Shown: positions 23,901-32,334, counted from the stretch's first letter. The stretch is 64,000 nucleotides of DNA from Candidatus Latescibacterota bacterium (GCA_965248755.1 OZ252149.1:4224001-4288000); one strand, 5' to 3'. The notes: generated by a model from the sequence alone, not told the origin. Made by a program: numbers and translations.

Positions 23901-24019
23901 ACTCTATCGTCTGGGACGGTAAAGATCATAGTGGAAGGAGCCTTGCCAGCGGAGTCTATCTGTATCGGTTGGAGACAGATGGGTTTGTTCAGACAAAAAA
24001 GCTGGTGTTGATGAGATAG
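17939..24019 (+). CDS. Giant secreted protein: 19 tandem Ig-like repeats, a cadherin/Big_9-like domain, a dockerin, and an FlgD/T9SS-like C-terminal domain
   Basis: ATG 17939 with AGGAG; signal peptide; EYYIDTDPG repeats; PVAVDD; GDVSGNGEITSFDA/DVSDNGRISAFDA; QNYPNPFNP. Confidence 0.85.
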   Translation: MSRVQYALSAVILAILLGPQALYAQNIVRVEYYIDSDPGFGNATQLGITPAPELDLNFNANLSGISAGLHTLYVRAKDDSSKWSLSYTKPFWTLALDVAPNITKVEYYIDTDPAFEAGVDVPITPGSDVTQDFTVDLSGQSTGLHVLYIRAKDQGGNWSLSYAKPFITVALTVTPDITQVEYYVDTDPGFGAGVDVPITPGSEVTQDFTVDLSSQSEGLHVLYVRAKDQGGNWSLSYAKPFITLALTVAPDIAQVEYYIDTDPGYGAGVDVPITPGSDVTQDFTVDLSGQSEGLHVLYVRAKDQGGNWSLSYAKPFITVALTVVSDITQVEYYIDTDPGFGAGVDVPITPGSDITQTFTVDLTGQSEGLHVLYVRAKDQGGSWSLSYAKPFITVSLAVASNIMKAEYYIDTDPGLGNGVEMPITTLGTDITQDFTVDLSGQSGGLHVLYVRAQDESGDWSLSLAKSFTVIVDVSPEVVQMEYYIDTDPGFGAGVDVPISTPGNDVTRGFIVDLSSQSEGLHVLYVRAKDQGGNWSLSHAKPFTKVTLAVASDIVQMEYYIDTDPGFGAGVNVSIGTPGVDITQSLTVDLSVQSDGLHVLYIRAKDQNGSWSLSHAKPFTKVTLAVASDIVQMEYYIDTDPGFGAGVNVPIASPGVDITQSLTVDLSVQSDGLHVLYIRAKDQNGNWSLSYAKPFTKVTLAVASDIVQMEYYIDTDPGFGAGVNVSIGTPGVDITQSLTVDLSVQSDGLHVLYIRAKDQNGSWSLSHAKPFTKVTLAVASDIVKMEYYIDTDPGFGAGVNVSIVTPGVDITQSLTVDLSGQSDGLHVLYVRAKDQNGNWSLSYAKPFTKVTLAVASDIVQMEYYIDTDPGFGAGVNVPIASPGVDITQSLTVDLSVQSDGLHVLYIRAKDQNGNWSLSYAKPFTKVTLAVASDIVQMEYYIDTDPGFGAGVNVSIGTPGVDITQSLTVDLSVQSDGLHVLYIRAKDQNGSWSLSHAKPFTKVTLAVASDIVQMEYYIDTDPGFGAGVNVSIVTPGVDITQSLTVDLSGQSDGLHVLYIRAKDQNGNWSLSYAKPFTKVTLAVASDIVQMEYYIDTDPGFGAGVNVPIATPGVDITQSVTVDLSVQSDGLHVLYVRAKDQNGSWSLSYAKPFTKVTLAVASDIVQMEYYIDTDPGFGAGVNVPIVTPGVDITQSLTVDLSGQSDGLHVLYVRAKDQNGSWSLSYAKPFTKVTLAVASDIVQMEYYIDTDPGFGAGVDVSIATPGVDVEQSFVVDLGVQSDGLHVLYVRAKDQNGSWSLSYAKPFTKVTLAVASDIVQMEYYIDTDPGFGAAVDVAIATPGVDITQSLTVDLSGQSDGLHVLYIRAKDQNGSWSLSYAKPFTKVTLAVASDIVQMEYYIDTDPGFGAGVEVTIVTPGVDITQSLTVDLSGQGDGLHVLYIRAKDQNGNWSLSYAKPFTKVRREIAPNITAVEYYFIKDGTKTQVSTYTNFTSTTDVGANFVADISALDNNSSYNWHIYGIAEDDRRSLEYVHSFTVGNAPPVAVDDTVTTPEDTSIVIAVLSNDFDVAGDTLKVQSVDTTGTVGRVVVDPGDTTLTYAPKADFNGIDTFEYVVTDGVVTDTATVTVTVEPVNDAPGDFVRLLPADSSLVQRDSVLFLWTAASDADRDTVEYTISISFAQIDTSFVVEDTTLVVDFRTFELPKAQLPVTWLVVASDGIVTSGPTNGNGNFTLNTPLLFGDVSGNGEITSFDAVLILQHTVGLITLTDPFARVADVSDNGRISAFDAALVLRFVVGGISCLPADPDCGVLAKGKAVAGTLAWSETQSGDVPGHVDLPIMWNSEMGDVISAEFTVQIDTSFAKLVDVVSNLPGDWQMVYSFSSGELKVAMAGLTRISDARLATLRLLMSQRETEVTIRGVGSVNEEQEQELGAARVRYVPKEYALEQNYPNPFNPQTVIRYDLPVRSQVTLSVFNIVGQKVATLLNEEMDGGSYSIVWDGKDHSGRSLASGVYLYRLETDGFVQTKKLVLMR
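18017..22330 (+). repeat. Coding tandem array: 6 x 225 bp plus 13 x 228 bp
   Basis: Counted from the translation; lengths sum to 4314 bp. Confidence 0.9.
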
Positions 24020-24197
24020 GATCCGTTCAAAAGAGATAATATCTTGTAGCTAAGGTAGACTATCCGCGGAGATAGGAGGCGATGCACAAATATCTTGATT
24101 TTCGGGTCAGTTTGGGGTATATTGTTACCTAAATTAGATCGTCACCTGATAGATAATCGTGTTTTTTCCATTTGCATCATAGTCAAGGAGATAGATT

Positions 24198-26022
24198 ATG
24201 TATGGATGGACAGGAAAGATTCTGCGCGTTGAGCTTACGCGCGGCACGTGGCAGGTTGAGGATGTGCCGAAAGCGTGGATGCGCGATTTTGTCGGCGGAC
24301 GCGGGCTGGCGGCCAAGTACCTATACGAGGAGATGGACCCTATGGTGGGCTTTAAGCCCCGAGAATAAGTTGATTCTGGCTACGGATCCCCTTACCGGCA
24401 CGCCCGTCTCCTGCGGTGCGCGCTATATGGTTGTGACCAAGGGGCCTTTGACAGGGGCTATTACCACATCCAACTCCGGCGGACACTGGGGACCGGAGCT
24501 CAAGTTCGCAGGTTATGATATGGTCATCGTAGAGGGGAAGGCACAAAAGCCGTCCTACATCTTCATCTACAACGACCGCGTGGAAATACGCGATGCCAAG
24601 AACGTATGGGGCAAGACGGTCTCTGAGACTGAAGACCTTATCCGTGCGGAATTGGGCGTTCCGGGAACGCGTGTGACGGGCATAGGCCCTGCAGGAGAAA
24701 ATCTCGTTCGGTTCGCCTGCATTATCAACGACAAGCACCGTGCGGCAGGGCGCTCCGGAGTGGGCGCCGCTATGGGTTCCAAGAACCTGAAGGCTATCGC
24801 CGTGCGGGGCACAAAAGCTGTCAGGGTCGCGCGCCCTGAGGATTTTATACGCTCTATGTGGGACTTTGCCCAAAAGCTCGCGAAAAGCCAGGAGCGAGCA
24901 GGGTTGACAGAATTAGGCACAGCTCCGACTATCGATCTTGTGAACGCCTTCGGCGGCCTTCCGACGCGCAACTTTCAGGAGGGACAGTTCGATCAGGCGG
25001 ACAACCTCAATGGCAACAGCATCAAAGACCAGCGGCTTGTAACCAATAAAGCCTGTTTTGCCTGCAATATCGCCTGCGGGCGAGTGACGCAGTTGGGGGA
25101 CGGATCCGGCAAGTTCCTGGTCAACACTCACCCGCGCAACTGGGACGTAGCCGGCGAAGGCCCCGAATACGAGACGGTCTGGGCGCTCGGCGCAGATACG
25201 GGCGTGGGTGACCTGAACGCGGTGATCAAGGCTAACTTCCTTTGCAACGATCTGGGCATGGACCCCATCTCGATGGGTGCGACACTTGCCGCGGCGATGG
25301 AACTCTACGAGAAGGGCTTCATCGATGACTCGATGGTTGAAATTCCCCTGGAGTTCGGAAGCGGCGACGCCCTGGTGCGTATGACAGAGGCGACGGGCTA
25401 CCGAGAGGGCTTCGGAGACAAACTTTCCCAGGGCAGCAAGCTCATGACCGAAAAATTCAAGCATCCCGAATTATTTATGGGCGTCAAGGGCCAGGAATTT
25501 CCGGCTTATGACCCGCGGGGCTTCCAGGGCATGGGAGTCGCCTATGCCACCTGCAACCGTGGCGCATGCCACATTCGAGCCTGGACCCCCGCTGTAGAGG
25601 CGTTAGGGGATATGGACCCGCATACGACCGAGGGCAAATCCAAATGGGTAGTAGATGAGAAAGATAGGACGACGGTGCACGATGCTACGGGTATCTGTCT
25701 CTTCATCACAGCGGGCGCTTCGCTTGAGGACCTCCTGCCCTGCCTTATAGGAGCCACAGGGATAGACTACACCTGGGATGACTTCGTCAAAGCCGGCGAG
25801 CGCATCTGGAACATCGAGCGACTTTGGAACCTCAAGGCGGGGCTGACTTCCAAGGACGACACCCTGCCCAAGCGTCTGATGACCGAGGCGCACAAATCGG
25901 GACCGTCGGAGGGCGTCACCGTCAAATTGGACCGGATGTTGCCCGAGTACTATGAAGAGCGATGCTGGACGCCCGACGGAGTGCCGAGGGAGGAGAAACT
26001 TGTGGAACTGGGACTCCTGTAA
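24198..26022 (+). pseudogene. aor: Tungsten-type aldehyde:ferredoxin oxidoreductase, frameshifted near 24348
   Basis: MYGWTGKILRV...GGRGLAAKYL in one frame; LSPENKL...GRSGVGAAMGSKNLKA, CFACNIAC, GPEYET in another. Confidence 0.85.
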
Positions 26023-26205
26023 GACGAACAGAAAAGCTACGGTGTTCCGTCTTCGTATCCTGTGCGACTGTCAAAGAGATGGTCGCCCAGTTTCCTATGC
26101 TCCACCATTATCCTCGCACTACAGGGTCGTTGCAGTTTGATACATACTTGCCAAGTAGTCTTGAAATGCGAGGGACAATGTTACACATTTCCCTGGTGCT
26201 GTTGT

Positions 26206-26226
26206 CCCCGATTGAATCTATCGGGG
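26206..26226. repeat. 21-bp palindrome, copy 3 (at the truncation point of the IS3-like remnant)
   Basis: ccccgattgaatctatcgggg. Confidence 0.9.
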
Positions 26227-26506
26227 ATCAACCTCCTGCTCCTTCGGATCCTTGCGACCACGCCGAGACTTCAGGCTCTCCTGGCCTCCTTCTAAGAAAC
26301 TATCACGCCAAGCATATGCCTGCTACTGGCTGATTCCATTCTTCCGACATACTTCCGATACATCCACTCCTTTCAAAAGAGTCAGCACCACCTCTGCCTT
26401 TCGGGTCGCCGTCCAGCGCTTACTATCTTTCACTTCGGGGCTTGACACTTTGACCTCCTTTCCCAGATAGTATCACTCGGGGACAAGCCTCAAACCCCAA
26501 TTTACA
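26227..26506 (-). mobile_element. IS3-like left-end remnant with a broken OrfA (HTH)
   Basis: 5'-TGTAAATTGGGG end at 26506; AAGGAGG then GTG 26448: SSPEVKDSKRWTATRKAEVVLTLLKG..VSEVCRKNGISQ*QAYAWRDSFLEGG. Confidence 0.65.
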
Positions 26507-26994
26507 AAATATTTGTCGCTCTGTCAAGGGGAGCGGTATGCCGCAGCGTCTTCTACTGTAAGAAAATACGATGCCGATGGCAGTAAAAAGACGACTTTCG
26601 GCAGAGTTTCGGCACCTTCGCCAAAAACAAGAGGATCAAAATGAAGTCCCACTTCGCGATCGAAGGCAACAGCGTCCTCATTCATGCCCCTAACTTTTGC
26701 TTCGGTACACCTATGAGCAAATTGGAAGTATTGTTTAACTTCCTCAGTTCTTGGCATGTATTAGAAAGTTTTCCTGGGCAGATGTCAAAAAGCTGACTAC
26801 AAAAGTTATGATCCATCGGAGGATGACACTGTTTGTTTAGGTTGGAAGACCGGTTAAGTTCTTTGGGTGAGACACATGGGAAAGGATTGATTCTTGTAAG
26901 AAAAAGAAGACTTTTCCTTGTTATCTGCTCAAAGATTTAGTATATTAATACATATCACCTATGAGCGGGGTAGAAATGTCTGAGGAGGATTTAA

Positions 26995-27270
26995 GTGAAA
27001 AAGTTTATTGTATTCGCTCTTAGTGGACCTGAAACGCTACCGGCCTCATTTACTATTCATGAAGAGCAGTTAATTCTACTTGCTGAAGAAGAAAAGAAAA
27101 CAGTCGAATCCGTTGATCTTCCTACAGTTCAGAAACTTATGGGAGACAAGATCATCGAGATGACATTACACTATGCCCATCTTACCCCAGATCATCTAAA
27201 AGATTCTATCAATAAACTGAATCTTGGTGGACACTATTTGGAGGCCGAGCAAAAACTGGAGGGCAGGTAG
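26995..27270 (+). pseudogene. Tyrosine recombinase (integrase) C-terminal remnant fused to unrelated sequence
   Basis: VDLPTVQKLMGDKIIEMTLHYAHLTPDHL matches the box II consensus DLxTVQxLLGHxxIxMTxxYAH, with His changed to Asp. Confidence 0.75.
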
Positions 27271-27316
27271 AAACAGGATACTATTACGTATACTGTTGAT
27301 AAACCACAACATACAG

Positions 27317-28414
27317 ATGGATGATCTAAAATCGTGGCTAACCCTATTTAACATTAAGGGTGTGGGACCGAACCGCTTTCGGGCTCTTGTAGGGAAGTTC
27401 GGATCTCCCGCGGCGGCTCTTGAGGCGAGCACTTCTGATCTGATGTCCGTGCCTACTATAGACGAAAAGATATCAGCCGCTATAAAGGGGTACAAAAACG
27501 AGGTGGAGATAGAAAGACAGATGGCGGCTATAGAAAAAAAGGGAGTTCGTTCTATCACGTGTTTCGATACAGATTATCCCGAGTTGCTGAAGAACATATA
27601 CGATCCTCCACCTATGCTGTTTGTGAAGGGAACTATAAAGCAGGAGGATTCCTCGGCAGTGGCTGTGGTAGGTACGCGCAACCCTAAGCGCTACGGGAAG
27701 ATGATGGCTGAAAAGCTGTCCAGGGAGCTAGCTGATGGGGGAATTACCGTAGTAAGCGGGCTTGCACGGGGAATAGACTCACTAGCGCACAAGGGTGCGC
27801 TGTCAAGAGGAGGACGGACAATAGGCGTGTTGGGTTGCGGCGTTGATGTGGTCTATCCCCCTGAACATAAGAAACTCTTTGAGGCCGTTATCGCTAATGG
27901 TGCCCTCATCTCCGAGTTTCCGATGGGGACAAGACCGGAAGCACCGAACTTCCCCCGCAGAAACAGAGTCATAAGCGGCATGAGTTTAGGTGTTGTGATA
28001 GTTCAGGCGCCGGCCAAAAGTGGAGCTCTTTTGACGGCTCGATACGCTCTGGATCAAAACAGGGAGGTATTTTCCGTACCAGGGAACGTGGACGATATGC
28101 AGAGCCGCGGGACAAATGGCCTCATTAAACAGGGGGCAAAGTTAGTAGAAGATGTAGAGGATATACTTGAGGAGATAAAGAGCTCCCTAAGGATGCCCAT
28201 AGAACCGAAGCCGCCTGTGCCTGATGACGTTGAGGAATTGGAACCTAATGAAAGGTCGGTGCTCCAGGCTCTGACGGACGAGCCAAAGCATATAGACGCC
28301 ATATGCAATCAGACTAGATTAGAACCATCTATTACCTTGGCTGCACTCTTATCATTAGAACTTTCGGGACTGGTAAGACAGCTTTCGGGGAAGATGTTTT
28401 TAAGACAAGTATAG
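27317..28414 (+). CDS. dprA: DNA-processing protein DprA
   Basis: YPELLKNIYDPP, AVVGTR, VSGLARGID, FPRRNRVISG, SGALLTA, C-terminal winged helix; start set at ATG 27317. Confidence 0.95.
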   Translation: MDDLKSWLTLFNIKGVGPNRFRALVGKFGSPAAALEASTSDLMSVPTIDEKISAAIKGYKNEVEIERQMAAIEKKGVRSITCFDTDYPELLKNIYDPPPMLFVKGTIKQEDSSAVAVVGTRNPKRYGKMMAEKLSRELADGGITVVSGLARGIDSLAHKGALSRGGRTIGVLGCGVDVVYPPEHKKLFEAVIANGALISEFPMGTRPEAPNFPRRNRVISGMSLGVVIVQAPAKSGALLTARYALDQNREVFSVPGNVDDMQSRGTNGLIKQGAKLVEDVEDILEEIKSSLRMPIEPKPPVPDDVEELEPNERSVLQALTDEPKHIDAICNQTRLEPSITLAALLSLELSGLVRQLSGKMFLRQV

Positions 28415-28431
28415 AAAGGAGAGCATACGGG

Positions 28432-28542
28432 ATGACTAAGACGCCGAGAAAATTGAGGATAAAAAAGAGAGCAAAGCAAAACGCCGCCGACAGGAGGGCT
28501 ACAAGAAAGGCAAGCAGAAAAAAGGTCAAAAGACAGTTGTGA
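28432..28542 (+). CDS. 36-aa highly basic small protein (below the ORF-track cutoff)
   Basis: AAAGGAG upstream; MTKTPRKLRIKKRAKQNAADRRATRKASRKKVKRQL. Confidence 0.5.
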   Translation: MTKTPRKLRIKKRAKQNAADRRATRKASRKKVKRQL

Positions 28543-28589
28543 TTCCAAAGCCCTGCCGAAGTTGGCAACGCTCTCCTTTCTCTTCGGGC

Positions 28590-29123
28590 TTATTTCCACT
28601 TTATAGTGCAGCCAACAGCCTCCGTCTCAGTTACCGCAACTTCTGCTCCTGAAAGGACAGCGTCGATGGCGTTTCTGAGATCCGGGGATTTGATGCTGTC
28701 GGGGTCCTCCCAGTTGTCGTCAATTCTGCCTTGATAGCGCAGTGTGCGTTGGGAATCGAACAGGAACATCTCAGGAGTCCTCTCAGCTCCGTAGGCGGAG
28801 GCGGCACTCTGAGCTTCGTCTCTCAAATATGGAAAGTTGAAGCCCCTTTCCTCTGCCCGTATAACCATATTGTCGAAACCGTCTTCCGGGTGGTTCATAT
28901 CCTCGTTGGGGTTGATAGCTACAAGAGCCACACCATTGTCCTGGTAGTCTTTCTGTATGGCAATAATTCTCTCTTCGTATGCCTGCGCATAGGGACAGTG
29001 GTTGCAAGTGAATACCACGATTAACACTTCTTTATCCTTGAAATCGTCCATACTGTGATTCACCCCGTCCACACCGGGAAGATCAAAAGGCGGTGCTTTG
29101 TCGCCTATCTTCAGATCTGCCAT
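28590..29123 (-). CDS. AhpC/TSA thioredoxin-family protein
   Basis: FTCNHCPY, YGAERTPE, YQGRIDD, GCTIKWK. Confidence 0.9.
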   Translation of the reverse strand: MADLKIGDKAPPFDLPGVDGVNHSMDDFKDKEVLIVVFTCNHCPYAQAYEERIIAIQKDYQDNGVALVAINPNEDMNHPEDGFDNMVIRAEERGFNFPYLRDEAQSAASAYGAERTPEMFLFDSQRTLRYQGRIDDNWEDPDSIKSPDLRNAIDAVLSGAEVAVTETEAVGCTIKWK

Positions 29124-29205
29124 GCTATTTTCCTTCCTTTATATGATTAAGCTCTGCTCGTGGCATCACTTAGGAAGAATCAGTATTAATGCTTCCGTTG
29201 CGATT

Positions 29206-30054
29206 TCATCTTAGTAGAACCATCTTTCTTGTGGCGGTAAAGTCCCCCGCTTTCAAGATGTAGAAATAGACTCCGCTCGCCACGCTCCTGCCCTCTTCAT
29301 CCAGACCGTTCCACACTAAAGAATAGCTTCCTGCGTCTGCCTGACCCTCCATAAGCTTCCTTACTGCCTGTCCGTTGATGTTGTAAATGACAAGCTTTGC
29401 CCTTGAGTCTTCGGGCACATCGTAAGCTATGGTGGTCTCGGGGTTGAAGGGATTGGGATAGTTCTGGGAGAGAGAATAGACGGTCGGTATATCCTGTGTG
29501 TCTTTGAAGCCTGACCGGGTCCGTCTGACGACGATCTGAACTGGATCCAGGGATTCTATCAGGTCAATGTCGTCTTTAGCGATCCCTTTAAGCTCTATTC
29601 TGGCGAGAGTGAAAGTGACCTCAGATCCTACGGGAAGTTCACCTGAAGGTATAAATGAGATTACCCCCAGAAGTCCCTCTCCAGAGGGAGCTGTCCTATG
29701 GTCGGGCTTCACAATGGCGTTGGCTACGATGACCCTGTTCTCCCTTTGCGTCTTCAAAGAGATGGGTGTTGCACCTCCCCTGGAGGATAGTATGTTGCGC
29801 TTCCCTTCACAAGATGCCAGCGTGGAAGGCTCGTTCCAGGAGAAAAGCTCGCTGTCATATAGGAGGTCTATGCGGTAAGCAGTCAGGTCAGATACGCCTT
29901 CTGCATAGACAGCCACATCTACAGTCTGCTGATTGGACTTATACAGATCGAGTCTCAGTGAGGCTGCGCTGTTTGTGCCTGCCATTGGCTCCGATATAGG
30001 CATCAGAGCGACAGTCAGAAGGATAGCTCCAATAACGATGACTCTGGATATCAT
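29206..30054 (-). CDS. Secreted protein with a cohesin-like domain and an FlgD/T9SS-like tail
   Basis: Signal peptide; DLLYDSELF, SGEGLLGVISF; QNYPNPFNP...KMVLLR. Confidence 0.65.
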   Translation of the reverse strand: MISRVIVIGAILLTVALMPISEPMAGTNSAASLRLDLYKSNQQTVDVAVYAEGVSDLTAYRIDLLYDSELFSWNEPSTLASCEGKRNILSSRGGATPISLKTQRENRVIVANAIVKPDHRTAPSGEGLLGVISFIPSGELPVGSEVTFTLARIELKGIAKDDIDLIESLDPVQIVVRRTRSGFKDTQDIPTVYSLSQNYPNPFNPETTIAYDVPEDSRAKLVIYNINGQAVRKLMEGQADAGSYSLVWNGLDEEGRSVASGVYFYILKAGDFTATRKMVLLR

Positions 30055-30219
30055 GATTTCCTCCTCCATTTAGGGTTGAATTGAGATTATGCTCGATCTT
30101 TGTGAGTATGTTTACTGATTATGTTTACAGTTCTTATGCGTACAATATACAATATAATCGCTCAAAAGCCAAATCTTTTTTTTCATCAGAGAATATTTAG
30201 TCAATATACAACCGTAAAG

Positions 30220-30912
30220 CTATCCTGTTTTGCCGAAGTTATCCAGAAAAAGGACAAAGTCGGAAAGGCCTACCTCTTCATCATTATCCAAATCAAATGT
30301 AGAATCCCAATTGGTAGAACTGGACGTCGTCCCGAACACATCCAGAAAAAGGACAAAGTCGGAAAGACCTACTTCATTGTCGCCGTCGAAGTCTCCTACA
30401 AGTCGGATGGCAGCGCCGTCTGAGCTGAGGAACTGTATTTCATAAATGACAGCGCCACCGACAACCTGGAAGCTGATGTTATCAATGGCAAATTCCGGCG
30501 AACCAGGGATATCGTACCAACCGGTGACTCCAGCGGGTACAACCGCCTCATGTCCGTAGAGCGACGTCAGCCCACCTACACGAAAGCCCTCCTCAGTGAA
30601 GCCCCCTCCTAAATAGCCGAATACTCTGTATTGGTACATCTCTCCGAGATAGACCCGGATAGTCTGAAGCCGTACAGTGTCAGGCCACGATACAGCCAAC
30701 AAACCGATCCAATCCCATACAAAAGCGGGAGCGTCCGGGTCAATATCGGGCGTGCGCCCATCGGTGAGTGAGGCTACATCGCCTGTCCAGGTGTTGTGCG
30801 TGGTGGCCATGGTAATTGCATCGGGGGTGATGTCTTTGGCAGAAAAGCTTCCTATGGTCGCGAGGATGATAGGAACTCCCACGATCACTAATATAAGGAT
30901 AATCTTATACAA
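30220..30912 (-). CDS. Secreted protein with a C-terminal dockerin/EF-hand-like duplicated module
   Basis: GDFDGDNEVGLSDFVLFLDVFG...DLDNDEEVGLSDFVLFLDNFG. Confidence 0.7.
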   Translation of the reverse strand: MYKIILILVIVGVPIILATIGSFSAKDITPDAITMATTHNTWTGDVASLTDGRTPDIDPDAPAFVWDWIGLLAVSWPDTVRLQTIRVYLGEMYQYRVFGYLGGGFTEEGFRVGGLTSLYGHEAVVPAGVTGWYDIPGSPEFAIDNISFQVVGGAVIYEIQFLSSDGAAIRLVGDFDGDNEVGLSDFVLFLDVFGTTSSSTNWDSTFDLDNDEEVGLSDFVLFLDNFGKTG

Positions 30913-30997
30913 GGAGTTCTTATCCTATTCCCACTGACAGATTTGAGGAGGACTTTCCTGGTGCACTCAAAGAGAAAACCCTGAAGGTGAGAAAAGC

Positions 30998-32122
30998 TTA
31001 TGCCTTCCACTCTTCAAGCCATTTATACTTCTCCGGCAAGTAGTCTCCCTGGCTCTCGTCGGCTGCTTGAGCATAGATCTGCAAAAGTCGGATGTCCATC
31101 TCAGATAAGCCATCGCCCTGCGTCGCTCCTACGTTCTCTACAACTTCATCTATAGAATTCATCGCCGGGATCGTGCTGGCAATCTCCTTGGCTTCCAGGA
31201 TAAACCTCAATGCCGCCTGAGGGAGACTTGACTCGATGCCCTCTAGCTCCGCTAGAAGAGGATCTGAGGGCTCCAGGTTAAGCAAAGCTCCTCCGGCAAA
31301 TGGCTTGATCCCTATGAGCCCCAGGCCGGCTTCGCTGATCCGGGTGGCAAAGTCGGGCTCGTCACAAGGCTCGAAGAAGCAGTCGACAGTTTGCTGAGCG
31401 GCTTTCGGCGCTCGGTCAGCAGTCACTCCCGCCTTGATCTGTCCCCAGGAAGAGGCCTGAGCTGAGGTGACAGGAGATAATCTCCGATGCCGGAAGTTAT
31501 ACGGTAGGAACAGGTAGTCCAATTCCGGATTGTCGCTAAGTAGCTCCAGCAATCTTTTCTGATCGTGATTCGTTACCCCAATGGCCCTTATCTTGCCCTG
31601 CTCCTTGGCCTGCTGCAAAATTTTGAAACGCCCGGTCTCGCCGCGCGCGTCGCGATAGAGATCGATGTAATCGGTATTGAAGGTCTTCAAGGCAAATTCG
31701 ATCTCCCCCATGAGGTCGCTCTCCACGGCGACTAGAGATATTACGACATCTTGGCGCACCGGTCCCAACACCTCGCTCATCAGATCAAACTGATGATAAT
31801 TGTGCTCATAGATGTCGAAGAGGTTTATGCCTAACTCTAAGCCTTTTCTGATTACCGCTGCTCTCGCCTGGGGATCACCCCTTTTGTCTTGATTGAGATG
31901 AGATCCAAAGCCCATCTCTGAGACGCGGATTCCTGTTTTACCCAGTGTTCTATATTTCATGTCCCCTGAAGCAGTCGTAGAGCCGGAACTTGCAACAGCA
32001 GGGGTTAACAATGCTCCAGCCCCTAAAGCAGCAGCACTCATCTTATGGATAAATTCTCGACGGGTGAGTTCTGTGGCCTTCGTTGACTGCAATCTATGAT
32101 TAGAAGATCGAATAGACTTCAT
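30998..32122 (-). CDS. Tat-exported aldo/keto reductase-family protein
   Basis: TRREFI; YRTLGKTGIRVSEMGFG; TDYIDLY; GKIRAIGV; IKPFAGG. Confidence 0.85.
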   Translation of the reverse strand: MKSIRSSNHRLQSTKATELTRREFIHKMSAAALGAGALLTPAVASSGSTTASGDMKYRTLGKTGIRVSEMGFGSHLNQDKRGDPQARAAVIRKGLELGINLFDIYEHNYHQFDLMSEVLGPVRQDVVISLVAVESDLMGEIEFALKTFNTDYIDLYRDARGETGRFKILQQAKEQGKIRAIGVTNHDQKRLLELLSDNPELDYLFLPYNFRHRRLSPVTSAQASSWGQIKAGVTADRAPKAAQQTVDCFFEPCDEPDFATRISEAGLGLIGIKPFAGGALLNLEPSDPLLAELEGIESSLPQAALRFILEAKEIASTIPAMNSIDEVVENVGATQGDGLSEMDIRLLQIYAQAADESQGDYLPEKYKWLEEWKA

Positions 32123-32334
32123 ATCAGTACCCTTTCATTTGGGTTTATGTGATGACGGAACTAATGGACTTTAAGATACGAACAAGCAGGTCAAAGTCAA
32201 TTCCTTTTTCACGGCGAATGACGACCATTATCGAGCGAACTGCGATTATTTGTATAACTTCATAATGCAAAGGATACTATCTGATTAAGATCAATTTCCT
32301 TGTCTGTACGGATCCATCTGCTTTCGATCCATAC

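Larger units (their letters stand above)
13821..27364. mobile_element. Degenerate integrative element / genomic island inserted in the 5' end of dprA
   Basis: Flanking 48-bp direct repeats, integrase C-terminal remnant at 27112-27270, AT-rich left segment, IS remnant and pseudogenes inside. Confidence 0.75.

Noticed and set aside
27224..27316. N-terminal extensions in the ORF track (dprA, 17897, 24172, 47278, 51687, 62424)
   Set aside because: Homology, RBS position or signal peptides indicate downstream starts
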